Source: Lama glama (lineage: Eukaryota). From it: a stretch of 64,000 nucleotides of DNA. Shown here piece by piece: positions 1 to 12,187 of the stretch (position 1 is its first letter; every line of letters begins with the position of its first letter). Where the stretch lies: contig CM052816.1 of the NCBI GenBank assembly GCA_028534125.1, forward strand, positions 100,504,001 through 100,568,000, in the 5' to 3' direction. The notes under the pieces are model-generated. The model saw only the letters and a list, made by a program, of their open reading frames with translations. It made no database searches and was not told the origin of the DNA. The translations under genes were made by a program, and so were the position numbers.

Positions 1-174
1 CAAGTCTGAGTGAGCTCCGGGCAGGGTGGAGTGACAGGGACCCTTAGGACTTTGGAGAAGGAGGTGGGGTTGGGAGGCGGGGCCATAAACACAGTGGGGA
101 CCAGGGCCCTGGGCGGTGGAGGGGGCCCCTGAGGGGCTTGGGTTGGGGTCGATCTGCATCCCTGGCTTGCTGGT

Positions 175-285
175 GACCAGGGGATGCAGTACCTCTGTTT
201 TGAGGTTTCCCTGTTGGCAAAATGCGATTAGGCCGGAACCTCCAGGTAATTTCTGAGACTATTTCCAGCTCAGGAATCTATGAAA
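175..285 (+). mobile_element. MIR SINE relic (core and 3' end)
   Basis: gaggtttccctgttggcaaaatg resembles the MIR core; ttccagctcaggaatctatga resembles the MIR 3' tail. Confidence 0.45.
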
Positions 286-474
286 CCCACAGGGTCTGAA
301 CAGTCAGCTGGTAATCAGTTTTCACACCCAAGTCAAGGTTCTGTGAAATTTCACATTTTCATTTTGGGGATTTTAAAAGCTGACCCCAGATGTTAGCTGT
401 GTCGTTCTTGTACGTTACATAATCTGATCGTGGATGCTCGAAGGCTTTGAAAACGTTTAAGTAACTCTGAGGCT

Positions 475-660
475 GTTCACTGAGCGAACACTCAGGAGCA
501 GACACAGCTCTAAGTATGTTCCGTGAGTTGACTGATCCAGTCCTCACGACGAGTCTTTCTTCAGGTGTCAGTCTCTCGATTTAGACACGGAACGCCCGAG
601 TACTTCGCCCGGTGTCCCCGAGTGAAAGGCAGAGCTGGGCCGCGGTCTGCATCGCCGCAG
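475..660 (-). mobile_element. MIR SINE relic
   Basis: cactgagcg...cagacacagctctaagtatgtt...tcctcacgac...ggcagagctggg follows the antisense MIR consensus order. Confidence 0.55.
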
Positions 661-1429
661 TAAGGATGTTTTAGCCCCAATCCCGTCCTGCCTCGGGGAT
701 CCTGAGTTTGGCTCCTGGATTTATAAATGCATTTCTTGTGGTTGTAAGTTCACTAAAATGCATCCTCATTCACTCCTTTCACAGCCTTGCCGGTTGGTGA
801 CTCCAGCAAGCTTCACTAGTTAAAAATTACTTGCGAACTTACTTTAAGGGGATGTTCTTTTACTGCCCTCGGGGACCACCAGCTTCTCCTGACACCTCTG
901 TCCCAGTCAGAGTTTCCAGAAAGGGTGACACACTGAAGACAGTTTTGGTTTTCGGTTGTGGACTTTTGCTTCTAAATTCTGAGTACTTGGAATAATCGGG
1001 TGCAAGTCTCATTCACTTAAAATTATATTTTCTGTTAACAAGCACACACACACAAAATGTATCTACTCATTATATTTGAATAAAATCCTTGGGAAAACTA
1101 AACTTTTCTTGATTAGCAGCTCAAAGGGGGATGTCTTTGCTACGTGGCTGGACCCTTCCACTGGGTGAATGTGGCTGGCTCCTGGTTGGTCCTTCTGTAT
1201 CGATGTGAATCAGAATTTCTTCAGGAACTTCAGGTCCCCCTCTTGGGTTCACCTTCAGAAAGACGACTGGAGATGTTTTTTTTGGAGATGGGTTACCCCA
1301 GGCTGGGGCTGTCTGTAGGTACAATCAGGCTGAAACAATCTGCACCTGGACGATGGCATACTGGGGGGACGGGGGATCTGCCCTCATTCAGAAGTCCAGC
1401 TGCGTTTTCACAAATTATGGAATGGATGA

Positions 1430-1660
1430 GATTTACAGAACATGACGCTAACCATCTTAAACTGAACAACTCAATGACACTGAGTCCGTGCTAGGTAGTG
1501 GTGTACCCCCACCATCTCTCTCACGGAGGACAGGACCCCATTCCCATTAGGCAGTTCCTCCCCGTGGCCCCTCCTCCTCCAGCTGCTGGCAACCACCTTT
1601 CTCCTTGCTCTCTGGCTCTGCTCATGCGAGCCGTCTCGTATGAACAGATATGTGCACATT
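1430..1660 (-). mobile_element. L1M (L1MB-like) 3' UTR fragment
   Basis: caccatct...cccattaggcagttcctcccc...ctggcaaccacc resembles an antisense L1MB 3' UTR. Confidence 0.4.
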
Positions 1661-2039
1661 TTCCCCTTCATGCCCGGCCTCCATCACCAGCACAATGACA
1701 TGGAGCTCACCTCGGTGCTTCTGTCATTTTTAAAGGTCCCTCTCTACAACTTTTATCTTTGTCTCTGAAGCTGTCACTTTAGAAGACAAAGAAGTGGACT
1801 CCAGCCACACGAGACCTGAGGGCGGCCGGACTGTGTGGGGCAGGGCTTCGTGCTTTGGTCCAGCTGCCCAGACATGCCCGCTCCAGGAAAAGCCGAGATG
1901 AAATGTGGTCTCTGTTTGATGTGTGAACGTTGCAAATACGTCTGGTCAGAGAGCAGCCGGTGAGATCCGTGGTGAGGATGAAGGAAGGGCAGGCGGTCCA
2001 GGCAGGAGGGGGCTGCACTGTCCCCTGCGCCCCTGGCAA

Positions 2040-2345
2040 GCAGGGCTCTGAGTCAGGATGAGGCTGCTGGGCAGGCGGGCTTCTGGAAATTCAGAGAAAA
2101 ATTGATGTTGCTGTCTTGAGTCTGAAATCTGCAGTCTGGAAACTCACATAGGGCGTAAATGTCACTGTCTTGGCTAGAACTGCTTCAGTTTGGAGAAACC
2201 GCAGTCTTTGCCCTCAGGCCCTTCCACTGATTGGACGAGGCCCACCTACTTCATAGGGGCCCTCAGCTTTCTTCCAAGTCCACTGATTTAAAAGTTAATC
2301 TAAAGAGGAGCCTCACAAAAACATGTAGGCCAGTGTTTGACGTGG
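2040..2345 (-). mobile_element. MLT2 (ERVL) LTR fragment
   Basis: tcaggcccttccactgattggacgaggcccacc...tccactgatttaaaagttaatct...gtgtttgac is a typical antisense MLT2 block. Confidence 0.75.
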
Positions 2346-3109
2346 CGCCGCCCGGCCGAGCAGATAGGTGAATGAGCCCTCACAGGGACCACGCTTCCCG
2401 GTTTGCTCAGAGAGGCCCTGGTTCACGTGCAGCCGTGTGTAGCTGTTGCTCACGCTCAGCACCCTCTAAAGTGCTGCAGCTCAGAAGACACAGACTCGCC
2501 CCACTGCGAGGGCGGCGGCCGGGGCCCCCGGAGCTGACGGAGCAGGTTGCCAGGGCCTCATCCCTGTGGGTTCATAAAGGTCTCGGTGACAAGCTCCCAG
2601 GCGTGGCCTGATTGAGCCCAATGTTTGCTTTCACTGTAACCCGGTTGTGGGGTTTGGAGAGCCGGACAGTCACCCTCCACCACCTGTGTTTTCCTACAGC
2701 CCGAGTTCACTGCGGAAAAGAACCGCGTGCAGGCCGGACGGCGTGGGCTTAGCTCTGCTCGCAGCCTGAGGTCTTCTTGGAGCAGAGGGGGCCCGGCTGT
2801 GACCACCGGACTCTCAGCTGGCCTGGAGTGACCGCACGTGATGAATGGTGTCGCGTCGAGTCGGCCGTGGGACAGATGGTGGTGCTTGGTGCCGGGAGTT
2901 CTTCTTTCTGAAACCTAGGTCTCAGTCCCGGGCTCTCTTCAGCCTGGACGTTCTGGCGCCCTCTGTGCAACCATCAGTGCTTCTCAAAGTGAGATTCACA
3001 AACTCTCACAGACCAGGGACTTATCAACCTGTGCCTGCACTCCACCCAGGCCCATCAGAGGGAGGAGGGCAGCCAGCCTTCAGTTCCCTGTTCTGCGGTG
3101 TCCACGCCC

Positions 3110-3512
3110 TCAGGCAGCCCCTCATGTGGCAGCAGACAGAATGGCCACATGGCAGTGGTGGCCTGTCACTTCTGAGGTTGCCCGTGAGACACGTGGCCCT
3201 GGGGGAAGCTGGCTGCCCTGTCACTAGGACACCCAGGCTGCCCTGCGTGAGGTCCCCAGGCCAAAGGACCGTGGCCTCCCTCCAGAAGCCACACCCACAG
3301 CCACAGGAGGGGCATCATGGACGTGGATCTCCCCAGGTGACAGCCCCAGTGGACAGCCCGACTCCAGCTTTGTGACAAGCCTTGAGCCAGAAGCAGGTAG
3401 CTCAGCTGTTCTCAGCCCCCAGACTTCAGACACCCCATGAGATCATGTGCGCCCGTGGTTTCCTGCTGTTCAGTTTGGGGCTAACTTGGTACTCAGGCAT
3501 CAGCAGCTAATG
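3110..3512 (+). mobile_element. MLT1 (MaLR) LTR, MLT1F/H-like
   Basis: tcacttctgagg...ccctgggggaagc...ccttgagccagaagc...agtttggggctaacttggtac...gctaat matches the MLT1 LTR body and 3' end. Confidence 0.7.
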
Positions 3513-4426
3513 GAAGGGAGGTCTGTTCTGTGCCCAGGTGACCCCCTGCACCCTGACGGCTGAGGGCCTCCAGGTGGGTCACCATCTGGGCTCCTGAGAC
3601 GGGCGGTGAAAGCCGCACGTGTGCCCTTGCTGGTCCCCATCTCTGTCCATCAGGACCACAGTGAGAGCCTCTCGACCGCCTCCCGATCCCACGGGGGCCC
3701 CAAGCCCTGTTCTGCCCACAACAGCAGACAGAGCTCTTAGCAGACAGATCGGGGTCCCACACCACTGTCCAAACCCCTCTAGGGGCTCCCACCCCATTCA
3801 GTCCTGCCTGGTGGCCCTGTCCTGTCACGAGGCACCATGTGTGCACCAGTGGGCACCGTGTGCCCCCTGCCGCCCCTGCCACTTTGCTCCCACTGCCCGC
3901 CCTCCCTCCTGGCAGCACCCCTGGAGCCCCTATGGACACCTGTCCATGGATGGCTGTCTCCTCCCCAGAGCGCCATTCCCGGCGGAGAGAGAGCCTGCTC
4001 TCCCTGGCTCACCCCTGCCTTCCCGATGCCCGAAAGTGGCACACGGCTCATTCGTGCTGTGGCTGTGCCTCAATCAGAATGTATCCAATAGACGAAAAAA
4101 ACGCACGCCTGGCAAACCTGCCTTCGAAGCTCAGCTCCGGTGCACACCGCGTCCAGCCCGCTTTTTGTCAGGGTCGGTTTCCCAGGTTGGGTGATCACAG
4201 CTGGAAGTGTGATAGCATATGACGATAGTTCAAAGGAAACACTTAAAATCAGAACTCAGCTTGAGGTTCCCCTCCTTGGAGGCTCTGTGCCCCGGACATG
4301 GGTGCACTCCCCTGGGTCTGGTCCCTCCAGCCCCAGGGACATCTATCTCGCGGGCCTTCACCATACTGCACCTCCTGCCATCACTGTAAGCCCTTCTCGG
4401 GCCGGCAAACATCTTATTTCTCCAGC

Positions 4427-4635
4427 CGGAGGTGATCAAACATCGGCCCAAGGGCCAAATCTGGCCCAGCACCTGCTTTTGTAAATGAAGTTCATTGCAG
4501 CATGAACGTTCCTTAACCCGCTGTCTCCTGCCAGGCAGCAAGGGCAGAGTGGAGCAGTTGCAAAACAGACGGCGGGAGCTGAAACCTGCGGGTAGTTACT
4601 ATTCGATGCTTTACAGGAAGTTCGCCCACCTCTGA
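4427..4635. mobile_element. MER58A-like hAT-Charlie non-autonomous DNA transposon
   Basis: ggcccaagggccaaatctggccc...ttttgtaaatgaagtt...ggcagagtggagcagttgc...ctttacaggaagttcgcccacc, about 210 bp. Confidence 0.75.
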
Positions 4636-5399
4636 TCTAGTGCACAGGAGACACAGAGCAGCAGTCAGGCCTCAAAAGGGATGCTCTGGAGGAAAGGTAC
4701 ATGCATCCAAGTCGGCCATTCGCTGAGTCCCATCGCAGCAAATCTATTTAACACGAGATGAAGAAACGAGTCCTGCATAGACTCTGTGGGTCCATCCTGT
4801 CCATGCTGGGCACCCGGGGTTCAAGATTTCAGCAGTTTCCATGTAATAGAGTTAACCCGTCCTAACTCTGTGCCCCAAGTGTTCCAAAATTAGAAAAACT
4901 GACAGCAGTTCAGGCATCCCAAATAAACAGCTGTGATGAATTGTGTCGCGAAATACATTCCATGAATAATGGACTTTTAAAAATGTATCATTTTATCACT
5001 GCTGCGTTGTTTTAATTCACCTTTAAAACAGATGGCTAGCTGAGACATTTCCAAGTAGGGGTGATTTTTATTTGCTACCAAGACGAAATGTGTGTATTTG
5101 ATACCCTGCAGAAGTTAGATTCTGTGGGTCTTGAGAACCAAAGCTGGCAGCTCCTTGGGAGCTTCAGGACCCGCTCGAATGTGGAGCCGGTATCGTAACA
5201 AGGAGCCCTTCCCAGAACCGAGCCTTCCCAAAGCCCAGGGCCCCTTCATCGCATAAAAGGAGCCGTTTCCAGCGTCTGCAGAGGCGCTCAGGTCGGGGAT
5301 AATCATTTATACAGAGTTGAAACCGAATTTTACAAGGAGCAGGAACAGATGACTATCAAAGGCGAGGCCACTAAACACCATTAATTATGACCCTCGCCA

Positions 5400-5650
5400 C
5401 CCTCAGGGCACGCCAGGGGTGGGGAGCTGGAGGAATTCCCGTGGGGTGGGGACTCTGCTGGAACCCGTCCAGCCGCGCGGCAGGGGCGGTGGCTACCTGG
5501 GAGGGTCAGGCTCGGCCGCAGGTGCGCGTCCTGGGAGCTGCGGAGCCCTGCCGGCCGCAGGAGCAGCGCCCGGAGACAGACTGGCCGCCGCAGGGAGAGG
5601 GGGCCGGGGCCGGGCTGCCCCTGTCGCCGTTTAGCTGTGCACTCCTGGGA
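5400..5650. promoter_or_regulatory. Small CpG-rich island
   Basis: Dense CpG and GC-box-like ggggcgg in otherwise unique sequence. Confidence 0.45.
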
Positions 5651-6142
5651 AGACTGTTCGGTTGTCTGAGTTTTAGGGATTCTCCATCTAGAAAAAGCGA
5701 AGCTACAGCTGCCACTCCAGCTCCTCCCTGCTTCTCAATTTCTCTCAATGTTTTAACAAAACGACACACGAGATTTAACAAACACCTGAGTGTTGCCTTA
5801 GGGTTAATGTTATTGTCTAGGCTCAGTCAGACTTGCGAAAAAATTATTTAAACATTTTTGAAAATGTCCTTTTTTCTTCTTCCTCCGCTCTCGGTGTGAG
5901 CACAGTCACTCCTCAGAATTACATTGATTTAATAACTGCTGCTGACACCTGCTACACGCCAGGCCTAAGTGCGTCCAGGAGCAAGGTGGGTGGGTGCACC
6001 TGCCCTGCAGAGGTTGCGTCCCGGTGAGAGTGTAAGGCTATAAAAAGGGAAAGCAGGAGAAATGTGTTTTTTGTCTATTTTATATACAGTAGTTAGTATT
6101 TGCAAATCTCTAGCTCCCAATTTATCCCTTCCCATTTCTTCT

Positions 6143-6290
6143 GTATGGCACAGGGGCACTATTCAACACCTTGTAGTTACCTACATGAAAAAGAATCTGA
6201 AAACAGATACAGGTACGTATGGGTATGACTGAAACATTATTCTGAAGTCCAGAAATTGGCACATTGTAACTGGCTATATGTCAGAAAAAA
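6143..6290 (+). mobile_element. 5'-truncated L1 3' end (artiodactyl/camelid type)
   Basis: cacaggggcactattcaacaccttgta...gtatgactgaaacatta...cagaaattggcacattgtaactggctat followed by an A-tract. Confidence 0.8.
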
Positions 6291-8875
6291 GGAAAGCGAG
6301 AAATCAGAAAACACACCGCAGGGAACACGGTGGCAAATGCAGAGCAAGACGGGCGGGAGCTCTCTGGGCGGTGTGTCAGGGGTGCTCATGGGAAAGGTGA
6401 CTTGTGAACGGAGAAGAGAGGGGGTGAGGCCCCTAAATGTCTGGAGAACAAGCGTCCCAGGCCCGGAGAACAACACTTGCCCCACAAGGAGCCCGGGGGC
6501 GGCGCCGCCCCAGCAGGGGCCGCAGGGAGGGGAGCCCCCAGGCCTGTGTGTGTCCACCAGAGAAGTGATGTGTCACTGCCTCCCAGCCCCTCCCTGGTTC
6601 ATGGGGTCCCTGCCCGCCTTCCCAGCCCTGCCCCCGTGCCCCACACCCGCAAGAGTCTTCGGGGCATCTCACCCCCAAAGCTTTCTTTGGACCATATGAT
6701 ACTCATTTTCGTTTCAAATAATGAGCAGTCAGTAGTCCCTAAAATGCGCAGGGCGTGGCCTCCCTGACCTGCGGACAAAGCGCATAAGTCACCTTCAGGA
6801 GGACTGGGTGTCCAGGCACTGACCACAGGCGGCAGATGGGTGGGAGGCCTGCAGGGTCCTGGCAGGGTGGCTGGAAGGAGGAAGGGGTGACAATACAACC
6901 TAGTGGCCTCCGGGGCGCCTTCCGAAAATGGCACATGGAAATCCGGCTGGTATCCACCAAGGGCTCAGGAGGTGCTGGCACGGGGCTGACTCTGCTTTGA
7001 TGCTGATGCAAAGTGAAGACGTCCCAATCCAGGGACTGAAGCCTCTCCCCAGATGCTTCGACAGTGGAAGGAAAAGAACCCAGTGAAGGAGGGAGGGGCT
7101 GACGACCCGAGGCTGCACCCTGTCAGTTTTCATCAGCAGCAGTCGGACCCGATGTGCCGGCACACGGTGTGTGCTGGCGGGGTGGGTGACCCCACGCACA
7201 GGTGTGCAGTGTACGCTGGTGGGGTGGGTGAGGGACTGACTTATGGATGAATAGTTTGGGGTCTGGCGATTTAAGGACCCCTACATTTTGTGCAGAAAAT
7301 CCTCTCTTCACTTCCATGAGACACCAGGTGGGCCCAGCGGAATCCACGGGTCCCCAAACTCTCCCACCGTGCCCCTCACAGCCCAGTGCGACCTACGGGA
7401 ACACGTCTATGTGGTGCTGATCCTGGGAGATCCTTAAGTGTGGACACTGAAAACCTTTACCTTTACCTCTTCTAATAGAGAGATTTCAAAAAATTCATTG
7501 TTGTGGGGAAACCCCAAGGTTTATAAATGATAAAGGGCAGAAGTGACCACAGCTCTAGGCAAAGGTGAGTCAAAGGCATGAGAGTTCACCTCCTCGGTCC
7601 CGTCTGGGACTCGGGCATTTAATTTCCTGAGCAGAGGATTGCTTATCAGCAATATGTGGTGGATAGATTTGAACTCCTTGAAACTATTTTTTATGCATTA
7701 TGAAGAGGTTAGTGGGTCACATATCAGCTTCGGGATAGACATTAATAATCCCTCACTGGGAACCATGATACAAAAGATGAGGAAACATTTTTTTTACTGT
7801 TCCATGTGCACATTTATCTCTTTTAAAAACCACTTACGTTCCAGCCACATCTCCTCTGAATGAAGCAGCCGCAGAGGCCTTGGGCAGCACTGTGGCGTGC
7901 TGGTGCCAAGGAAGACGGTCATCGCCATGGAAATTCATCACCACACTCTGTTCTCAGGCCAGACCTTTCCTCATACCTGGACAACCTTTTGTTTTCTCCT
8001 TATTTTAAAATGTAGCTTTGATGTGACATTGGGAGAATGAACAACCAGACTACAAGCCCAGATTATAAATGGCCCATTACTGACCCATCAGAAGCCGCGT
8101 GCGCTGGGCGGTGCCTGCATGTCAAATGCCTCATCGTCTTTGAACGAGGAATGCTACCGGGAAGAAAGCAGAGGGGACCCCAGTCTACACTGCGGGCAAT
8201 CACAGGTGCCAGAAAAATGCAGTTCTTCCTCACCCATCCCTAGATGACCCCGAATCTTCTCCACTGCACAAGTATTCTTCAGTTTTTCATAGAAGGAATT
8301 GGTGGTCTTTTGTATTTTCTCAAATGATCCATCTTTGGAGGGACAGCATTAATGTCAGAATAGCAGCATGTTTTCACTATTAACTTACTTTCAGCGTATT
8401 CAGATCCTTTCTGCTCGGAGATCCGCCTGGGTGACGACTGGACTCTCACCACCTTTATGAGAAACAGAACCATGCTTTGATCAAGTCCAAGGTGAGACTT
8501 TTAATTGAAACTCCCCAATGCCATGCATGCAGTGAAGGCAGTTAGCAAGAACTTAAACTCAGTACCAAACCCACTGGCTGAATATTAGCTTTTCACACAT
8601 AACACATTCCACTCTGGGTAAGCAGTTCTTTCTAGTGGTTGAGCGTCTGCTGGTTGACAGACAGCTCGCACTACTTGAGACGTTGACTGCTGCAGGCTAA
8701 GAATTCAAGGGTATCACTGAAACGCAGACAGACGAACAGACGAGAGACAGTCCAGCCTCCGGTGCATGGAGGGTCTCAGCCCAAATGCCTGAAACCGGAA
8801 GAATGTTTCCTGTAAGTTACACAAGTTAGCATCTGGGATTAGCATCTGTCACAGCATGAACTGGAATGACCGATG

Positions 8876-8878
<3 letters not shown>

Positions 8879-8919
<41 letters not shown>
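8879..8919. repeat. (GT)20 microsatellite
   Basis: Perfect GT run. Confidence 0.98.
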
Positions 8920-8920
<1 letters not shown>

Positions 8921-8984
8921 ATTTCTGCAGTTCCATTAAAAACATCGTTCATACGTGGTTTCTCATTGTGAAATATTTTCACAG

Positions 8985-9270
8985 TAACAAAGAAGAAAAG
9001 TCTTAAAATCACTGACCTATGTTTCCAATTTAAGAAGCTAGAAGAACAAATGTAAATTAAATATATTTCAAATAGAAGGAAAATGAGCAGAAATCAATGA
9101 AAGAGGAAACAGAAAAAAATGGAAAAAATTAACAAAGTCTGAAGTTAGTTATTTGAAAATATTCATACAATTTATAATCTCTTTGTAAGATTCATGAAAG
9201 ACTGGACAGAATTACACACCCTAAAGACATTTAAGATTCAGCTGATACATAATAGCCTTTCAACATTTCC
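8985..9270 (+). mobile_element. Old L1M ORF2 fragment, part 1 (interrupted by Tigger1 derivative)
   Basis: A-rich strand with aagaagctagaagaacaaa...gcagaaatcaatgaaa...ttatttgaaaa, typical of L1 ORF2. Confidence 0.7.
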
Positions 9271-9280
9271 AGGATGTGTA

Positions 9281-9719
9281 CAGGCAGACCTGAGCGCCGG
9301 CACAGGTTTGGCTCCAGACGACCACAAGAAAGTGATTGTCACAATAAAACGGGTCACAAGACAGTTTTGGCTTCCCAGTGCATAGAAAAGTGATGTTTAC
9401 ACTCTACTGTAGTCTGTTAAGTGCGCAATAGCATTGTGTCTACAAACAAGGTGCATATCTGAATTTAAAAATACTTTATTACTAAAAAATACGAACCATT
9501 ATCTGAGCCTTCAGTCAGCTATAATAATTTTGCTGGTAGAGGATTTGAAATATAAGGATTACCAAAATGTGACATAGAAACACAAAGTGAGAAATACTGT
9601 TGGGAAAATGGCACCAAGAGGCTCACCTGACACAGGACTGCTGCAGACCTTCACCATGTGAAAAGTGCAGTACCTGTGGAGCTAAAGAAAGCAAAGTGCA
9701 ATAAAGTGAGGTCTGCCTG
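9281..9719 (-). mobile_element. Internally deleted Tigger1 (Tigger1a-like, TcMar-Tigger)
   Basis: Perfect 11-bp TIRs caggcagacct / aggtctgcctg, TA at 9279-9280; both Tigger1 ends joined without transposase. Confidence 0.9.
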
Positions 9720-9749
9720 TGTGTGTGACCCTCTCACACGGCCACCGAG

Positions 9750-10200
9750 TTTACAATACAGAGGAAATGGACTAATTCCCAGAAAAACTCAGCTCACCGA
9801 AACTGACTCATGAGGAAGTAGAAACTATGAATAGCCCTAGAGCCATTAGAGAAATTTAATTTTTAATAAAAATCTTTTCCACAAAGAACACTCCAGATCC
9901 ACATTATGCCACTGGTACCTTTTACCAAAGAATGAAACTAGAGTGCCAATTTTATACAAAGACAGGGAACAGAGAAAAGACACATCCCAACTCACTTGGT
10001 GAAGCTAACAGTAACCTAAAATCAAAATCTGAGAAAGATTTTGCAAAAACAAACAAACAAACAAAACATTATTCCTCATAAAACTAGTCCCTTATAAAAA
10101 ATTGGCAAATTGAATCCAGCAGCGTAAATGATGCTTTGGTAGGTTTTATCCCAGAAAAGCAGAGCTGATTAACATTAGAAAATCCATCACTGTAATCCGT
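9750..10200 (+). mobile_element. Old L1M ORF2 fragment, part 2
   Basis: gaaatggactaattcc...aaactgactcatgaggaagtagaaa...cacaaagaacactccag...ggttttatcccagaaaagc continues the ORF2 of part 1. Confidence 0.75.
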
Positions 10201-10917
10201 CAACTCTTGGGGAATCACGTATCTCCCTGACAAGCCCCAGGGCACCCACAGCTCCTGCCGGAACTGTGGGCACATGTTTAAACCACAGAAAATTTATGAA
10301 TCCAGCCTTTTAGCAAGAAGGCCGTTGGTTCCAGGAAAATAATCAACAGAACAGCTTTGTGGGCATAGACAAACAGGCAACAAAATCTAAAGTGCATACG
10401 TGGCACTGAAGATTCTAGGGTAACTGGATAAATAGGTTTTAAAGATTCTGCTGTCATCGGTTCTGGAATCAAGTTTCTTCTGAACGCGCATGTGCTTATG
10501 TGACGTGCTTTCCCGTTTTATGCACCCTGTGAGTTTAGAGCTGATCCTTTTGGTGTGCAATGTGATGATTCCAGCTCCTCCAGATGTCCCCAATCCAGAG
10601 AGGCACAAGACGGTCTGAAAAAGTAAGGGATGTCCAGCTCTGACCTGGCCTTCTCCCAGCGACTTAGAACTAGACTGTTCTAGTGTTGAGATGCGAATGC
10701 AACATCAACTGCAGTCAGTAGATGTCTTCTGAGGCTGGACGCGAGACACACCTCTTGCTGTAATTGCCTGGTAACTCCCAACGTGTCTAATGGACTGGGA
10801 TTCTAAAGTACAGAAGCAAAGCCTTTTAAGATGTAATGTTTTTTCAGTAAGTAAGTGCTTCTAAGAACTATTATTCATTTCACAAACTCCTAGCTTATCT
10901 CTGTGATGTAGAAGGTT

Positions 10918-10949
10918 GTGTGTGTGTGTGTGTGTGTAAGTGTGTGTGT
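10918..10949. repeat. Interrupted (TG)n microsatellite
   Basis: TG run with one aa interruption. Confidence 0.9.
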
Positions 10950-11531
10950 CCCCTCTTAGGGAAACAAAGAAATGAACGCACGATAATCCTAATGAATGCA
11001 TCTGCTTGTAAGGGAGGGGCTGAAACCAGAACACGTGGAAATCGGCCTCGTTGGCCCACAGAGGGGGCAGGCTCATCAGGTCAGGGAAGCACGGTTTATT
11101 TGAGTGATGGTTAGTGCTGGCCTCCCACTGAGGGCAAAGTGGCCTGAGGCACCCCCGCCAGGAAAGGGCAGAGAAGGCACAGGAGGGAGATGCTGGATGA
11201 GGGACATAGGAAGGTAGAGGCAGACGCCCAAGCCAGGTTGCGAGGTCAGATGGGATTGTTACCAGGCCAAAAAGATTTTCCAGCTCTCTTCCTGGGGAGG
11301 GGGACCGTGGCACAGAGAGCGGGGGACAAGTCACCTAACTGGATGGCTACCCTCTGTTGGTCCAGAAGAATCGCTTCTTTGGGATATTTTTAATGGCACC
11401 AGTCCCTGCCCACCAGCACGATACTCAGTCTTGAGAGCCTAGTAAGTGTGGGGCCACGAAGTCGGTACGTGGGGTCAGCAGTTAGTCAGTAAGACAAATC
11501 AGTTGTCCAGCAAAGTATGAAAATGTGCGTA

Positions 11532-12187
11532 TTTTTTAAAATTTTATTTTTCACTGAAGTAGAGTCAATTTACAATATTAGTTTCAGGTGTACAGCAAAG
11601 CGATTCAGCTACATATAAATACATATATATTCAGATCCTTTTCCATTATTTGTTATTGCAAGAAATTGAATATAGTTCCCCATACTATACAATAGGTCCT
11701 TGTTGTTTATCTATTTTATATGTAGTAACGTGTGTCTGTTAATACCAAACTCCCAATTTACCCCCCCACCCTTTCCCCTTTGGTAGCAAAAGTTTGTTTC
11801 CTATGTCCATGAGCTTATTTCTGGTTTGTAAATAAATTATTATCATTTTTTTAGATTCCACATACAAGCGATATCATAATATTTGTCCTTCTCTGTCTGA
11901 CTTACTTCACTTAGTATGATAATCTGTAGGTCCATCCATATTGCTGCAAATGGTATTCATTTATTCTTTTTATGGCTGAGTAGTATTCCATTGTATAAAT
12001 ACAGCACAACTTCTTCATCCAGCCATCTGTCGATGGACACTCATGTTGCTTCCATGTCTTGGCTATTGTAAACAGTGCTACTGTGAACATTGGGGTGCGT
12101 GTATCTTTTCAAATTAGAGTTTTCTCCAGATATATGCCCAGGAGTGGGGTTGCTGGGTGATACGGTAACTCTATTTTTAGTTTTTTA
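11532..12187 (-). mobile_element. 5'-truncated, relatively young L1 with target-site duplication
   Basis: T-rich tail, L1 3' UTR and ORF2 end (cccaggagtggggttgctggg); TSD gaaaatgtgcgta 11519-11531 / gaaaatgtgtgta 12188-12200. Confidence 0.92.
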
